Notes: generated from the letters alone by a model not told the origin. 64,000 nucleotides of DNA from an uncultured Clostridia bacterium (GCA_944386365.1 CALXAT010000001.1:213028-277027), one strand, 5' to 3'. Positions 1 through 10,963 are shown, counted from the stretch's first letter. Numbers and translations: made by a program.

Positions 1-2
1 CT

Positions 3-395
3 GCAAGTTCTTCTCCATCTAGAACTTCATCTGGAATTAATGCTTTTAAAGAAAATATTGTTTTAATTGCAGGAGGATATGACAAAAATCTAGATTATAC
101 ACCACTTGCAAAGCCAATTGTAGATAAAGTTAAAACATTAATTTTAATTGGTCAAACTTCTGGAAAGATATATGAAGTAGTAAAAAAAGAATTAGAAAAA
201 GAAAATAAAAGTTTAGATATTTATATGTGTGAAAATTTAGAAGAAACCATTTCAGTTGCTAGAAAGAATGCATCTGTTGGAGATGTCGTTTTATTTTCAC
301 CTGCTAGTGCTAGTTTTGATATGTTTAAAAATTTTGCAGATAGAGGAAATCAATTTAAAACCTTAGTAAGAAAATTAAAAGTAGAAAATGAATAA
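3..395 (+). CDS. murD: UDP-N-acetylmuramoyl-L-alanine--D-glutamate ligase, C-terminal fragment (5' end lies outside window)
   Basis: Frame 3 is open from the window edge to TAA at 393-395. The translation ...LIAGGYDKNLDYTPLAK...SPASASFDMFKNFADRGNQFK matches the conserved MurD C-terminus. Confidence 0.8.
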   Translation, partial: ASSSPSRTSSGINAFKENIVLIAGGYDKNLDYTPLAKPIVDKVKTLILIGQTSGKIYEVVKKELEKENKSLDIYMCENLEETISVARKNASVGDVVLFSPASASFDMFKNFADRGNQFKTLVRKLKVENE

Positions 396-435
396 ATAAA
401 AAATATGATCACAATGAATTATTTATAATAAAAAA

Positions 436-468
436 TAGAGGAGTCCAAGTGCTGGCTCCTCTTTCATA
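436..468. terminator. Hairpin (agaggag...ctcctct) flanked by an A-run on + and a T-run on -; likely terminator of the convergent minus-strand small genes
   Basis: Inverted repeat at 437-443 / 456-462 with a second short stem inside. On the minus strand a T-rich tract (rc of 424-435) follows. Confidence 0.45.
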
Positions 469-487
469 TACAGGGCTACTAACTATC

Positions 488-670
488 CTATTTTCCAAGA
501 AAAAATCTGGCTTCTTGAAACACTAATTTTTCGTTGCTTGAGAACCGCATTTTCGTGCGGTTTTCTTCTTCAAGTTTACAAAGCAATGTTGCTGCTCTGT
601 ATTTTTCCTGGGAATCACCTTCCTGACAAGCAATTTCCCATCTGCTAACTAATTGTTCAATTGGATCCAT
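488..670 (-). CDS. Hypothetical small protein (60 aa)
   Basis: ORF with RBS AAGGAGTG 7 nt upstream of the ATG (MDPIEQLV...). It is translationally adjacent to the upstream small ORF. Local GC is higher than the surroundings. A plus-strand terminator-like hairpin lies inside it (543-570), so the call is uncertain. Confidence 0.4.
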   Translation of the reverse strand: MDPIEQLVSRWEIACQEGDSQEKYRAATLLCKLEEENRTKMRFSSNEKLVFQEARFFLGK

Positions 671-682
671 TATCACCACTCC

Positions 683-874
683 TTAATCTATTGCTTGATA
701 AAGAAAATTTTTAGATTCCTGTATAATCTTCATTTCTTCAGAGGAAAATTGAAATCTACTGCTAGCAAACTGCTGAATATTTTCAGCTACCTGTTGTTTT
801 AATCTATCAGGAGCAGTTTTTAAATATGTCCAACTCCTTAAGATATCTTCAATATAATGGCAATGCATAGTCAT
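683..874 (-). CDS. Hypothetical small protein (63 aa)
   Basis: ORF; AGGAGG lies 6 nt upstream of the internal ATG (MTMHCHYIEDIL...), so the start is placed at 874 rather than 916. No recognisable family. Confidence 0.45.
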   Translation of the reverse strand: MTMHCHYIEDILRSWTYLKTAPDRLKQQVAENIQQFASSRFQFSSEEMKIIQESKNFLYQAID

Positions 875-1010
875 AACATTCCTCCTTTTTAGAGTAGCCC
901 GTTTTTGTATATACATACATTATATCATAATATAACGAAAAAGTTAAATTATATGCACCATTTAGAGTTTATCAACATATCTTGTATAAAATAAATAAGG
1001 AGGAATCGTT

Positions 1011-1619
1011 ATGTATGATAACAATTATGAAGAGTACATAAGAAGTATTTTGGGATATCCGAATACAACTAATTTTAATCAAAATCAAATGTATCAAAAT
1101 GAATATCCAAATCCATCACAAGTAAATATAAGAAACAATTTAGAAGAATTTTATCCAGAGATATATAAAATTATATATCCAATGGTAAAAAAAGCTTGTG
1201 AATCAAATATGAGAGTAAATAGTAGGGAAGAAATTGAACAAATGACAGACGAAATTTATTCGGCATTAGAAGATAGTAATCAAATTAATGTTAATATCAA
1301 TTTAGGAAATGCTGTAACTACAACGAACAGTAATCAAACAGAAAGCAGAAATGAAGTACATAAGGATGAAGTCCAAAAGAAATTTCCTGAAAAGCAAGCA
1401 GCCGAAAACAGAAGTCCAGAAACACAAGACAAAAGAAGCCCAAGAAACAATAATTTAAGGGATTTAATTAAAATCTTATTAATTAGAGAGCTATTAAGAA
1501 GACCAAGTCATCATTTTCCGCAAAGACCACCATATAATCGTCCACCACGTCCGCCAATGAGACCACCAATTATGCCTAGAAATTATGAGCAACCACTATA
1601 TGATATATATGAATATTAA
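1011..1619 (+). CDS. Hypothetical protein with Pro/Arg-rich low-complexity C-terminus (possible spore-coat-like protein)
   Basis: AAGGAGG RBS 6 nt upstream of the ATG. 202 aa. C-terminal tract RPPYNRPPRPPMRPPIMPRNYEQPLY. Confidence 0.55.
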   Translation: MYDNNYEEYIRSILGYPNTTNFNQNQMYQNEYPNPSQVNIRNNLEEFYPEIYKIIYPMVKKACESNMRVNSREEIEQMTDEIYSALEDSNQINVNINLGNAVTTTNSNQTESRNEVHKDEVQKKFPEKQAAENRSPETQDKRSPRNNNLRDLIKILLIRELLRRPSHHFPQRPPYNRPPRPPMRPPIMPRNYEQPLYDIYEY

Positions 1620-1724
1620 ACATTTAAAAATGAAAATTTTACCAATTTTTCAAAATTAAAAATGAATAGAAATTCAAAAAATGCAAAAAATAAATATGAG
1701 AAATTTTGAAAGGTGGTAAAGAAA

Positions 1725-2171
1725 ATGAAAGTTAAAGATTGTATGTGTACAGATGTATGTTGCGTTAAACCAGAAACAAAAATAAATGAAGTTGCAAAAT
1801 TGATGTGTCAAAATCATATTGGATCTATACCTGTTTGTGATGCAAATAATTGTTTATGTGGTATTGTAACCGATAGAGATATTATCTTAAGAAGTATTGC
1901 TTGTGATAAAGATGTTAAGACAACACCTGTAAGTGATATCATGTCAACAAATGTATGTACTTGTGAAGAAAATGAAGATATGGTCAATGCGGAAAATAAA
2001 ATGGGAACAAACAAAATAAGAAGATTACCTGTTTGTGATAATAATAAAAAAGTGATAGGTATATTAACATTAGGAGATATTGCACAAAATAGAAGTGCAT
2101 TAGATGATAGGGAAATTTGTATTACATTCGAAGATATTTGTGATTGTGATACAAATAAAAATGCAGAATAA
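1725..2171 (+). CDS. CBS-domain pair protein, unusually cysteine-rich
   Basis: GGTGG RBS then ATG at 1725. Two CBS-like halves (VKDCMCTDVCCVKPETKINEVAKLM..GSIPVCD..CGIVTDRDIIL ; VSDIMSTNV..RRLPVCDNNKKVIGILTLGDI). 17 Cys in 148 aa. Confidence 0.8.
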   Translation: MKVKDCMCTDVCCVKPETKINEVAKLMCQNHIGSIPVCDANNCLCGIVTDRDIILRSIACDKDVKTTPVSDIMSTNVCTCEENEDMVNAENKMGTNKIRRLPVCDNNKKVIGILTLGDIAQNRSALDDREICITFEDICDCDTNKNAE

Positions 2172-2177
2172 CTTTAT

Positions 2178-2218
2178 AAAAAGCAGTAGAATTCATTTGA
2201 TATTCTACTGCTTTTTAC
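2178..2218 (+). terminator. Rho-independent terminator
   Basis: aagcagtagaat / attctactgctt 12-bp stem followed by TTTTT. Confidence 0.8.
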
Positions 2219-2330
2219 GATTATATAAGTATATAAAATGATAGGATACATATAATAAATAATAAAAAAGAATTACGGTTATGTTATAAAAATTCGTAAT
2301 ATTTCTCAAAAAAATATAAGGAGAGAAGAA

Positions 2331-3428
2331 ATGATTATAAATATACCATATTGGACAAGAGTTGTGAAAAACATTCTATATGTTATATTACTAATAATTG
2401 GTGTATATTTAGCCTTAAAGTTATCTATTTTTTATATGCCGTTTTTGGTAGCATTTATTATTTCATTAATGATTGAACCACTTATAAAATTTATAATGCG
2501 AAAAACAAAATTAACCAGAAGGACTAGTTCCATTATTATTTTTGTCATTGTATCTGTTATTATATTAGGCATTTTGAGTTGGATTATTATCACATTATTT
2601 TCAGAGTCTTCAAGTTTATTACAAGGACTAAATGATTATGTTGATAAAGCTTCTATGCAAATTCAAAAATTTATTGCGCAATTTCATTTTGACAAAATCA
2701 AATTATCAGATGAAATATTAATGGTTGTACAAGAATCTAGTGGCGATTTTTTACAAACACTATCAAATTGGCTTAGGAATGCTTTAAATGGGTTAATTAA
2801 TATTGTTACAAAAATACCCGAAATTGGAATATGTGTTGGCATTACAATATTGGCTTTATATTTTATTTGTGTTGATAAAATTTACATTTTAGATCAAATA
2901 GAATATCACTTACCAAAAGTATGGGTAAAAAGATTAACAAATCATTTAAAAGATCTAATACAAACATTAGGCGGATATTTAAAAGCAGAAGTAACATTAA
3001 TCCTTGTATCATTTATAATTTCTTTAATAGGATTATATATATTATCTTTTTTAAGATTTAATGTCCCATACCCTTTATTAATGGCGCTTTTTATTGGGTT
3101 TGTAGATGCTCTTCCTATTTTAGGTTCAGGAACAGTTATGATACCATGGGCAATTATTTCCGGACTAAATGGTGATTTATCATTAGGAATTGCTATTATT
3201 ACTTTATTTATTATCATGTCAATTGTGAGACAATTTTTAGAGCCCAAATTAGTTAGTAAAAACATTGGTGTTCATCCTATATTTACACTTATTGCTATGT
3301 ATACAGGGTTTAAGATAACTGGTGTTATTGGATTATTATTGGGACCGATTGTTTTAATTATTATTAAAAATATATTTGCAAATTTAATAGATCAAGGTGT
3401 ATTTAAAACAATTTTTGATAAAAAATAG
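2331..3428 (+). CDS. AI-2E family transporter (YtvI-like sporulation integral membrane protein)
   Basis: 365 aa polytopic membrane protein with AI-2E/UPF0118-like topology and motifs (…FVDALPILGSGTVMIPWAI…). AGGAGAG RBS. Confidence 0.75.
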   Translation: MIINIPYWTRVVKNILYVILLIIGVYLALKLSIFYMPFLVAFIISLMIEPLIKFIMRKTKLTRRTSSIIIFVIVSVIILGILSWIIITLFSESSSLLQGLNDYVDKASMQIQKFIAQFHFDKIKLSDEILMVVQESSGDFLQTLSNWLRNALNGLINIVTKIPEIGICVGITILALYFICVDKIYILDQIEYHLPKVWVKRLTNHLKDLIQTLGGYLKAEVTLILVSFIISLIGLYILSFLRFNVPYPLLMALFIGFVDALPILGSGTVMIPWAIISGLNGDLSLGIAIITLFIIMSIVRQFLEPKLVSKNIGVHPIFTLIAMYTGFKITGVIGLLLGPIVLIIIKNIFANLIDQGVFKTIFDKK

Positions 3429-3462
3429 GAACGTTTTGGCATGTCCCAAACGTTCCAAAATA

Positions 3463-5001
3463 TTATTCCCATTCAATTGTTGCAGGTGGTTTTGAAGTAA
3501 TATCATAAACAACTCTGTTTACATGTTTTACTTCATTAACAATTCTAGAAGAAACTTTTTCTAATACTTCATAAGGAATTTTACTCCATACACCTGTCAT
3601 AAAATCTGTAGTTTCTACTGCACGTAAGGCAATTGTATAATCATAAGTTCTTTCATCACCCATAACACCAACAGATTTTAAGTTTGTTAATACTGCAAAA
3701 TATTGGTTGATTGATTTATGAAGTCCAGCATTTGCAATTTCTTCTCTAAAAATACTGTCAGCTTCTTTTAATATATCTAGTTTATCTTCTGTGATATCAC
3801 CAATAACTCTGATAGCTAGTCCTGGTCCAGGGAATGGTTGTCTAAATACTAAGTTTTCTGGTATACCTAGTTCTAAACCTGTTTTTCTAACTTCATCTTT
3901 AAATAGATTTCTTAAAGGTTCTACAATTTCTTTAAAATCAACATAATCTGGAAGACCTCCAACATTGTGGTGACTTTTTATAACAGAACTTTTTCCTAAG
4001 CCACTTTCAATTACGTCAGGGTAGATAGTACCTTGAACTAAAAAGTCTACTGTTCCGATTTTTTTTGCTTCTTCTTCAAAAACTCTAATAAATTCTTCAC
4101 CAATAATTTTTCTCTTTCTTTCTGGGTCAGTAACACCAGCAAGTTTTTTTAGAAATCTATCTTTGGCATTGACTCTAATTAAATTAATATCAAATTGATT
4201 TCTAAATACTTCTTCAACTTCATCACCTTCGTTTTTACGAAGTAAACCATGATCAACAAAGATACAAGTTAAGTTTTTACCAATTGCTTTATGTAATAAT
4301 ACAGCAGCAACAGAAGAATCTACACCACCAGATAATGCACATAAAGCTTTTTTATCTCCGATTTTTTCTTTTAAAGTTTTAATACTATCTTCTACAAAAG
4401 AAGAAATTTGCCAATCTCCAGAACAACCGCAAATACTAAATAAAAAGTTTTTAATAACTTGTGTTCCATTTACAGATAAGTTTACTTCTGGATGAAATTG
4501 AATACCATATAGTTTTTTTTCTACATTCTCCATTGCAGCATTGGGACAATGGTCTGTTGAACCAATATTTTTGAATCCATTTGGTACTTCTGATACAAAA
4601 TCGGTATGACTCATTAAGAAATCATTCGTAGTTTCAAATCCCTGAAATAGGGAAGAGGTATTATCTATTGTTACTTTTGTTGTTCCATATTCTCTTGTGT
4701 TTGCTCTTGATACATTTCCACCTAAAGTATAAGTCATCAATTGCATACCATAACAAATTCCTAAAATAGGAATGCCTAAATCAAAAATCCCTTCAGCACA
4801 TTTAGGGGAATCTTCACCATAAACACTAGCAGGTCCACCGGTAAAGATGATACCTTTGGGATTTTTCTCTTTGATTTTTTCAATAGAGATGTTATATGGT
4901 ACTACTTCAGAATACACATTACATTCTCTAACTCTTCTTGCAATTAATTGATTGTATTGTCCACCGAAGTCTAAGATTAAAATTAATTCATTTTCTTTCA
5001 T
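3463..5001 (-). CDS. guaA: GMP synthase (glutamine-hydrolysing)
   Basis: 512 aa. N-terminal class-I GATase ([28 protein letters not shown]), ATP-PPase SGGVDSSV motif, C-terminal ...PPATIEWE. Confidence 0.95.
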   Translation of the reverse strand: MKENELILILDFGGQYNQLIARRVRECNVYSEVVPYNISIEKIKEKNPKGIIFTGGPASVYGEDSPKCAEGIFDLGIPILGICYGMQLMTYTLGGNVSRANTREYGTTKVTIDNTSSLFQGFETTNDFLMSHTDFVSEVPNGFKNIGSTDHCPNAAMENVEKKLYGIQFHPEVNLSVNGTQVIKNFLFSICGCSGDWQISSFVEDSIKTLKEKIGDKKALCALSGGVDSSVAAVLLHKAIGKNLTCIFVDHGLLRKNEGDEVEEVFRNQFDINLIRVNAKDRFLKKLAGVTDPERKRKIIGEEFIRVFEEEAKKIGTVDFLVQGTIYPDVIESGLGKSSVIKSHHNVGGLPDYVDFKEIVEPLRNLFKDEVRKTGLELGIPENLVFRQPFPGPGLAIRVIGDITEDKLDILKEADSIFREEIANAGLHKSINQYFAVLTNLKSVGVMGDERTYDYTIALRAVETTDFMTGVWSKIPYEVLEKVSSRIVNEVKHVNRVVYDITSKPPATIEWE

Positions 5002-5187
5002 TATTTACCTCCGAAATTAAAATCATATACATATGATATCACAATTTGTCGATAAAGTAAATAAAAACGCCTGTAGTTTTACTTAAAGTTTGATCATGGT
5101 ATAAAAATATGCTTCTAAAAAGCACCTAGGTGCAAATACAACGGATAAGAGTCTAACCCCACATTAGAGTTGTATGTTTTTTTACTT

Positions 5188-5736
5188 CTATAGTACACCA
5201 TTTGTAGGAATATATGTATCATCTGGAGGATATACATATTCTTCATTTGGTTTGTCAACTGTTCTTATATTTGTTACTTTCACAATAGGCATATCGCCAT
5301 GATAGTTGCCTCTTGTAATTTCACCAGTTAATTCTACCCATGTGTTATTTGCAAAATCTTGGGCATGTTCATATTCACAAAGAAATCCTACAATTACATA
5401 TTGATAGTCAGAAGAGATAATCATATCTCTTGCTAAAATAAATTGAGTATCTGTTAAATCTAAAACACGATAAACATATCCTGTAAATTGAATTTTTATT
5501 CCGACATAATTATCTATGTTTTCATGAACAGCTTTTAGTACATTGGTATAATTTTTCGTAGAAATAACAGAAATATCGCTTTGTGGCATACAACTAGAAA
5601 CATCTTTACTATTTTTTGCTCCCATAAATAGTTTTATACTAACAAAAATCAAAATGACAATGATAAAAACGACAATTCCAGTAAAAAAATATTTAAAGAC
5701 TTTACTACCATTTATTTTTAAATTATATATAAACAT
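5188..5736 (-). CDS. Hypothetical membrane-anchored protein
   Basis: 182 aa. N-terminal TM helix, then a soluble domain. GGAAGGA RBS 7 nt before the ATG. Confidence 0.55.
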   Translation of the reverse strand: MFIYNLKINGSKVFKYFFTGIVVFIIVILIFVSIKLFMGAKNSKDVSSCMPQSDISVISTKNYTNVLKAVHENIDNYVGIKIQFTGYVYRVLDLTDTQFILARDMIISSDYQYVIVGFLCEYEHAQDFANNTWVELTGEITRGNYHGDMPIVKVTNIRTVDKPNEEYVYPPDDTYIPTNGVL

Positions 5737-5850
5737 AAAAAAATCCTTCCTAAAATAAATTTTGTTATTAAAATATATGTATTAAAAAATCCATTATGCT
5801 AAATATATTTTTTATTTTCGGATAAATGCTTTCAAAATACTTGATAAAAA

Positions 5851-5879
5851 TAGATTTTAGTGATATAGTAACAAAGTAA
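5851..5879 (+). promoter_or_regulatory. Putative sigma-A promoter for secA (TTGATA-N17-TATAGT)
   Basis: Hexamer match read from the sequence; about 30 nt upstream of the secA RBS. Confidence 0.35.
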
Positions 5880-5907
5880 AAAATAAACTTAGGAGGACAG
5901 ATTAATA

Positions 5908-8652
5908 ATGGGATTATTTAAAACATATAGTGAAAAAGAAGTAAAAAGAGTAAGACCTTTGGTCAATAAAATAAATGCCCTTGAAGAAGAAATGTCAAAA
6001 TTAACAGATAAAGAGTTAAGAGGAAAAACAGATTACTTTAAAAAACAATTGGCAGATGGTAAATCATTAGATGATATATTACCAGAAGCATATGCAGTTG
6101 TTAGGGAAGCTTCTAAAAGAGTTTTAGGAATGAGACACTTTGATGTACAATTAATAGGTGGTATTATCTTACATCAAGGAAGAATCGCTGAAATGAAAAC
6201 TGGTGAAGGAAAAACATTAGTAGCAACATTACCTGTATACCTAAATGCACTTGAAGGCAAAGGCGTACATGTTATTACTGTTAATGATTACCTAGCAAAA
6301 AGAGATAGTGAATGGATGGGAAAATTATATAAATTCTTAGGATTGTCTGTTGGATTAGTAATTAGCGGTATGGAACCTAAAGCAAAACAAGAAGCATATA
6401 ATGCAGATGTAACATATGGTACAAATAATGAATTTGGATTTGATTACTTGAGAGATAATATGGTTATATATAAAGACCAATTAGTACAAAGAGGATTACA
6501 TTATGCTATTGTCGATGAAATCGATAGTATTTTAATTGATGAAGCTAGAACACCACTTATTATTTCAGGAAGAGCAAATCAATCTTCTGATTTGTATAAA
6601 AAAGCGGATAACTTTGTTAGAAAATTAACACCAAAAGTAATTGTTGAAGAAGATGTAAAAGATTATGAGCAAGCAGAAGATAATGAAAAATATGACTATA
6701 TTGTAGACTTAAAAGCAAAATCTGCATCTCTTACACAAAAAGGTATAAAAAAAGCAGAAGAATTTTTTGGACTAGAAAATTTCAATGACCTAGAAAACTC
6801 AACATTAGTTCATCATGTTAACCAAGCTTTAAGAGCACATGGTGTTATGAAAAAAGATATTGATTACATTGTAAAAGATGGAGAAGTTTTAATTGTAGAT
6901 GAATTTACAGGTCGTATCATGTATGGAAGAAGATACAATAATGGATTACATCAAGCAATTGAGGCAAAAGAGCATGTAAAAATTGCAGATGAATCAAAAA
7001 CATTGGCAACCATTACATTCCAAAATTATTTTAGAATGTATGACAAATTATCTGGTATGACAGGTACAGCTATGACAGAAGAAGCTGAATTTGAAGAAAT
7101 CTATAACTTAGATGTTGTAGAAATACCAACAAACAAGCCAATGATTCGTAAAGACGAAAATGATGTTATTTATAAAAATGAAAATGCAAAATTTAAAGCA
7201 ATTGTAAGAAGCATCAAAGAAAGTCATGAAAAAGGACAACCTGTTCTAGTAGGTACTGTTTCAATTGAAAAATCTGAAAAGTTAAGTAAGTTATTAAAAC
7301 AAGAAGGTATTAAACATGAGGTATTAAATGCAAAATACCATGAAAAAGAAGCTGAAATTGTTGCGCAAGCTGGTAAGTTTGGAGCAGTAACAATTGCAAC
7401 AAACATGGCAGGACGTGGTACAGATATTATTTTAGGAGGGAATAGTGAATTTTTAGCTAAAGAAGAAATGCGCAGAAAGAAAATTCCTCATGAATTAATT
7501 GAAGAATCAAATACATATTATGAAACAGATGATCAAGAAATATTAAATGCTAGAAAACAATTTAAAGAGTTAGTTGATAAATATGAAAAACAAATTAAAG
7601 AAGAAAAACAAAAAGTTATTGATGCTGGTGGATTAAAAATTATCGGAACAGAAAGACATGAATCAAGAAGAATTGATAACCAGTTAAGAGGACGTGCTGG
7701 ACGTCAGGGAGATATTGGTGAATCTAAATTCTATATTGCATTAGATGATGATTTAATGAAAATCTTTGGCGGTGATATGATTACAAAAGTATACAATTCA
7801 TTAGGTGCTGACGAAGATATGCCAATACAGCATAAATTCATATCTAAAGGTGTAGAAAATGCACAAAAGAAAGTAGAAGGAAGAAACTTTACAATTCGTA
7901 AAAATGTTTTAAAATATGATGATGTAATGAATGCACAAAGAGAAATTATTTATGCGCAAAGACGTGAAGTTTTAGATGGAGAAAACATACATGATAATAT
8001 AATGGATATGATAAACTCTGTTGCTGATGCTACAGTTCATATGTATGTAGAACCAGAAAGCAATGAAGTAAATGTTGAAGCTTTAAATCAAGATATTTTA
8101 AATACATATGGAATTGATATGCTAGCATATATTAAAGACCATATTTCTGAACCTGAAAAAATTTCTGAAGAACTTGTAAAACAAGCAGATGCAAAATATG
8201 CAGAAAAAGAAACAGAAATTGGTTCTGAAGAAATGAGAGAACTTGAAAGAGTTGTTATGCTTAAAGTCGTAGATGAGAAATGGATGAATCACATTGATAG
8301 CATGGATGAATTAAAAAATGGTATTGGACTTCGTGCTTATGGACAACAGGACCCTGTTGTAAAATACAGAATTGAAGGTATGGAAATGTTTGATGAAATG
8401 GTATCAGACATAAAAGTAGATGTAACTAAAATTCTAATGAATATTCGTCAACAAGGTGAAGCAAAAAGACAAGAAACTGTTAAAATTACAGGAGCAGCAT
8501 TAGAAGCTATTCATAGTGTTGATGGAGGAGCAAAAATTGGAACAGATGTTGATAGAACCATCCGAAATGAAGGACCAAAAATTGGAAGAAATGATCCTTG
8601 CCCATGTGGAAGTGGAAAGAAATATAAGAACTGCCATGGAAAGAATGTATAA
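5908..8652 (+). CDS. secA: Preprotein translocase ATPase SecA
   Basis: 914 aa. DEAD-like motor motifs ([33 protein letters not shown]). C-terminal zinc-binding tail [14 protein letters not shown]. Confidence 0.97.
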   Translation: MGLFKTYSEKEVKRVRPLVNKINALEEEMSKLTDKELRGKTDYFKKQLADGKSLDDILPEAYAVVREASKRVLGMRHFDVQLIGGIILHQGRIAEMKTGEGKTLVATLPVYLNALEGKGVHVITVNDYLAKRDSEWMGKLYKFLGLSVGLVISGMEPKAKQEAYNADVTYGTNNEFGFDYLRDNMVIYKDQLVQRGLHYAIVDEIDSILIDEARTPLIISGRANQSSDLYKKADNFVRKLTPKVIVEEDVKDYEQAEDNEKYDYIVDLKAKSASLTQKGIKKAEEFFGLENFNDLENSTLVHHVNQALRAHGVMKKDIDYIVKDGEVLIVDEFTGRIMYGRRYNNGLHQAIEAKEHVKIADESKTLATITFQNYFRMYDKLSGMTGTAMTEEAEFEEIYNLDVVEIPTNKPMIRKDENDVIYKNENAKFKAIVRSIKESHEKGQPVLVGTVSIEKSEKLSKLLKQEGIKHEVLNAKYHEKEAEIVAQAGKFGAVTIATNMAGRGTDIILGGNSEFLAKEEMRRKKIPHELIEESNTYYETDDQEILNARKQFKELVDKYEKQIKEEKQKVIDAGGLKIIGTERHESRRIDNQLRGRAGRQGDIGESKFYIALDDDLMKIFGGDMITKVYNSLGADEDMPIQHKFISKGVENAQKKVEGRNFTIRKNVLKYDDVMNAQREIIYAQRREVLDGENIHDNIMDMINSVADATVHMYVEPESNEVNVEALNQDILNTYGIDMLAYIKDHISEPEKISEELVKQADAKYAEKETEIGSEEMRELERVVMLKVVDEKWMNHIDSMDELKNGIGLRAYGQQDPVVKYRIEGMEMFDEMVSDIKVDVTKILMNIRQQGEAKRQETVKITGAALEAIHSVDGGAKIGTDVDRTIRNEGPKIGRNDPCPCGSGKKYKNCHGKNV

Positions 8653-8677
8653 ATAAAAAATTTAAAATATTATTTTT

Positions 8678-8707
8678 AGGAACTATGGAAACATAGTTCC
8701 TTTTTAT
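8678..8707 (+). terminator. Rho-independent terminator of secA
   Basis: aggaactatg-gaaa-catagttcct stem followed by TTTTT. Confidence 0.85.
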
Positions 8708-8754
8708 CAAATTAAGCTACAAGCAAAAACATGAATTTGATCTTTATGTAAAGT

Positions 8755-8783
8755 TTGTAATAATAAGAAAAATATGCTATAAT
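8755..8783 (+). promoter_or_regulatory. Putative sigma-A promoter (TTGTAA-N17-TATAAT) upstream of the TPM/LemA pair
   Basis: Hexamers with 17-nt spacing. A 5'UTR hairpin (8833-8856) followed by A7T5 lies between this promoter and the RBS. Confidence 0.35.
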
Positions 8784-8883
8784 ATTTTTTAGCATACATT
8801 TTTAAAAGTGTACCTTGCTAGTTAATCAAGTCTAGTGGAGGTACATGCCTCCACTAAAAAAATTTTTAAAGGAGGAAATGATT

Positions 8884-10347
8884 ATGGTAAGAACAAAAAA
8901 AGTATGTTGTATGTTATTGTCAATGCTGGTGAGTATATTTATATTCTCCACTATGGTTTTCGCAGCGGAAAGTGATATACCGGATGCTACCTCTCAATTT
9001 TACGTTAATGATTTTGCAGACATCATTAATGATAATGTTGAGAAAGAAATGCAAGACCGGGCAGTAGCACTTGCAGAAGATAGTGATGGTATTCAAGTTG
9101 TCGTAACAACAGTACAGACCATTGGAGATGCTGATCCAGTTGAATACACAACAGATATGTATAACCACTATGGGATTGGCAAAAACAATATGGGTGTACT
9201 AATTATGCTATCTGTGGAAACGAGAGATATTCAAATTAGAATTGGTGACAATATGACCAAATATCTAAGTGACCGAAAGTGTGGGGAGATCAGAGATGAA
9301 TATGGTATTCCATATTTTCAAAATGATGAATTTGAAAAAGGTCTTGACGCGATGCAAGAAGCTACAATAGAATATATTGCTAGCAAAGTTGAATCGGCAG
9401 ATAACGAAGTCGCCGTTAATCCTACTCAACTTGAGGATATCAAAAGTAGTGGAACTTTTGTAAAAATTCTTTGTGTTGTAGGCATTATTGGTTGTGGCAT
9501 TATAATAATTGTCACTTTGAGAATGTATTTCTTAAAAAGAAAAAGAAAATTGCAAGAGAAAGATAAAACCATTCAAACACTTAAAGATAATTTAAATAAG
9601 CAAGAAAGTAAAAACGAAAGCTTACAGTTTGATAACAATTCTCTTAAGCAAAGCTTATCTGCAATACAAGAAGAATTGTATAATTTAAGTGAAAGATATA
9701 AAAGGGCTGTTATCGCATATCCTGACCTTGATGAAAAGGTTGATGCAATTTTCGCGAAAGAAAAGGAGGAAGCAGATAGACGTTGTGCAAAGAAAGTCGA
9801 GGACTCAATGAAAAATGTTCTCAAACTGGAATGTACTAGACAAAATCTGTCATACTTCAGAAATGCTTATGAGGCATATAGAAATTTGTCTGATGAGCAA
9901 CAAAATTATGTCCCGTTAGAACTAGTAAGAAGAGTAAAAAAACTTTACTCTAAGAGTTCAGAGCTTCAAAGAAAATATGAAGAAGAACAAAAGATCTTAC
10001 GTGATAAAAAAGCCGCAAGAGAAGTACAAGAAACAATTCTTGCTACACTAGCTATTAGTGTAACTAGACATTCTTTAGATAAACTAAAACACGTATGTAA
10101 TGCATATGATAGATTATCTGAAGATCAAAAGAAATATGTAACTGCTGACATCGATACAATACGAGATATGAGAAGAAAAGCAAAAAGAATGCAGGATGAT
10201 TATGAAGAAGAAGAACGTCGGCGTCATCAAAGTTCATCATATTATCATTATGGTGGAGGTAGTAGTTTTAGCGGAGGCAGCTCTGGAGGATTTCATAGTG
10301 GATTTGGCGGAAATAGCAGCGGCCATGGAGCTGGAGGTAAGTTTTAA
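8884..10347 (+). CDS. TPM-domain (TLP18.3/Psb32/MOLO-1) membrane protein with coiled-coil region and Gly/Ser-rich tail
   Basis: Start moved to ATG 8884, where AGGAGG lies 8 nt upstream. The N-terminus has a signal peptide/TM helix followed by a TPM fold (YVNDFADIIND...GIQVVVTTVQTIGDAD...NMGVLIMLSVETRDIQIRIG). A second TM helix follows. The C-terminal half is a long K/E-rich coiled coil with a GGGSSFSGGSSGG tail. Confidence 0.8.
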   Translation: MVRTKKVCCMLLSMLVSIFIFSTMVFAAESDIPDATSQFYVNDFADIINDNVEKEMQDRAVALAEDSDGIQVVVTTVQTIGDADPVEYTTDMYNHYGIGKNNMGVLIMLSVETRDIQIRIGDNMTKYLSDRKCGEIRDEYGIPYFQNDEFEKGLDAMQEATIEYIASKVESADNEVAVNPTQLEDIKSSGTFVKILCVVGIIGCGIIIIVTLRMYFLKRKRKLQEKDKTIQTLKDNLNKQESKNESLQFDNNSLKQSLSAIQEELYNLSERYKRAVIAYPDLDEKVDAIFAKEKEEADRRCAKKVEDSMKNVLKLECTRQNLSYFRNAYEAYRNLSDEQQNYVPLELVRRVKKLYSKSSELQRKYEEEQKILRDKKAAREVQETILATLAISVTRHSLDKLKHVCNAYDRLSEDQKKYVTADIDTIRDMRRKAKRMQDDYEEEERRRHQSSSYYHYGGGSSFSGGSSGGFHSGFGGNSSGHGAGGKF

Positions 10348-10369
10348 AAATTAATGGAGGAATATCAAT

Positions 10370-10945
10370 ATGAAAAAAGGCTTACTAATTAGTTTTGTTG
10401 CATTTGTATTTGCAATTGTGTTTGCAGTAATATATTTCATTAGTACTGTAAACGATCTGACAGATATGAAAAACTTGGCAAAAAAATATGAAGCAGACAT
10501 TCAAACGGAATTACAATCACGGTTTGACAAAGTACCAAACCTTGCAGAAATTGTAAAAAGCGCAGATGAACATGAAGAAAATATAATAAATGCAATTACG
10601 GCTGCTCGAAAACAATACAATAAAGCACTTTCAGCAAAAGATACTGAAGGAATGCTTGAAGCGGATGAAGCTCTTAATATTGTAATCAAAGATATTGAAG
10701 AAAATTATCCGAAAATTACAACTGTGGATTTGTACAAAGGATTCATGGATGAATATTCAGGAATTGAAGCCGCTGTAACAATTGCCCGAAAAAATTATAA
10801 TGAAGTGGTGATGGAATACAATAACATGATTGAACACATCCCTACCATGTTTATTGCGAAAGCTATGGGACTTGAGCATATTCCAGAATTTAAGGCTTCT
10901 GAAGAAGCTAATCATTCTGTTGAAATTGACATGACAACAAACTAG
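10370..10945 (+). CDS. LemA family protein
   Basis: 191 aa. N-terminal TM helix plus LemA-like conserved blocks (…RFDKVPNLAEIVK…NAITAARKQYNKA…VAIARKNYNEVVMEYNNMIEHIPT…). A typical TPM partner. Confidence 0.85.
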   Translation: MKKGLLISFVAFVFAIVFAVIYFISTVNDLTDMKNLAKKYEADIQTELQSRFDKVPNLAEIVKSADEHEENIINAITAARKQYNKALSAKDTEGMLEADEALNIVIKDIEENYPKITTVDLYKGFMDEYSGIEAAVTIARKNYNEVVMEYNNMIEHIPTMFIAKAMGLEHIPEFKASEEANHSVEIDMTTN

Positions 10946-10963
10946 TAACTTTTTAACCATAAT

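Noticed and set aside
5002-5190. Purine/guanine riboswitch expected upstream of guaA
   Set aside because: The 190-nt leader lacks the conserved UAUA…GGGA-UAUGGCCC…GUUUCUACC…CCGUAAAU…GACUA core. Only a weak aaaac-tacaggc-gtttt hairpin is present.
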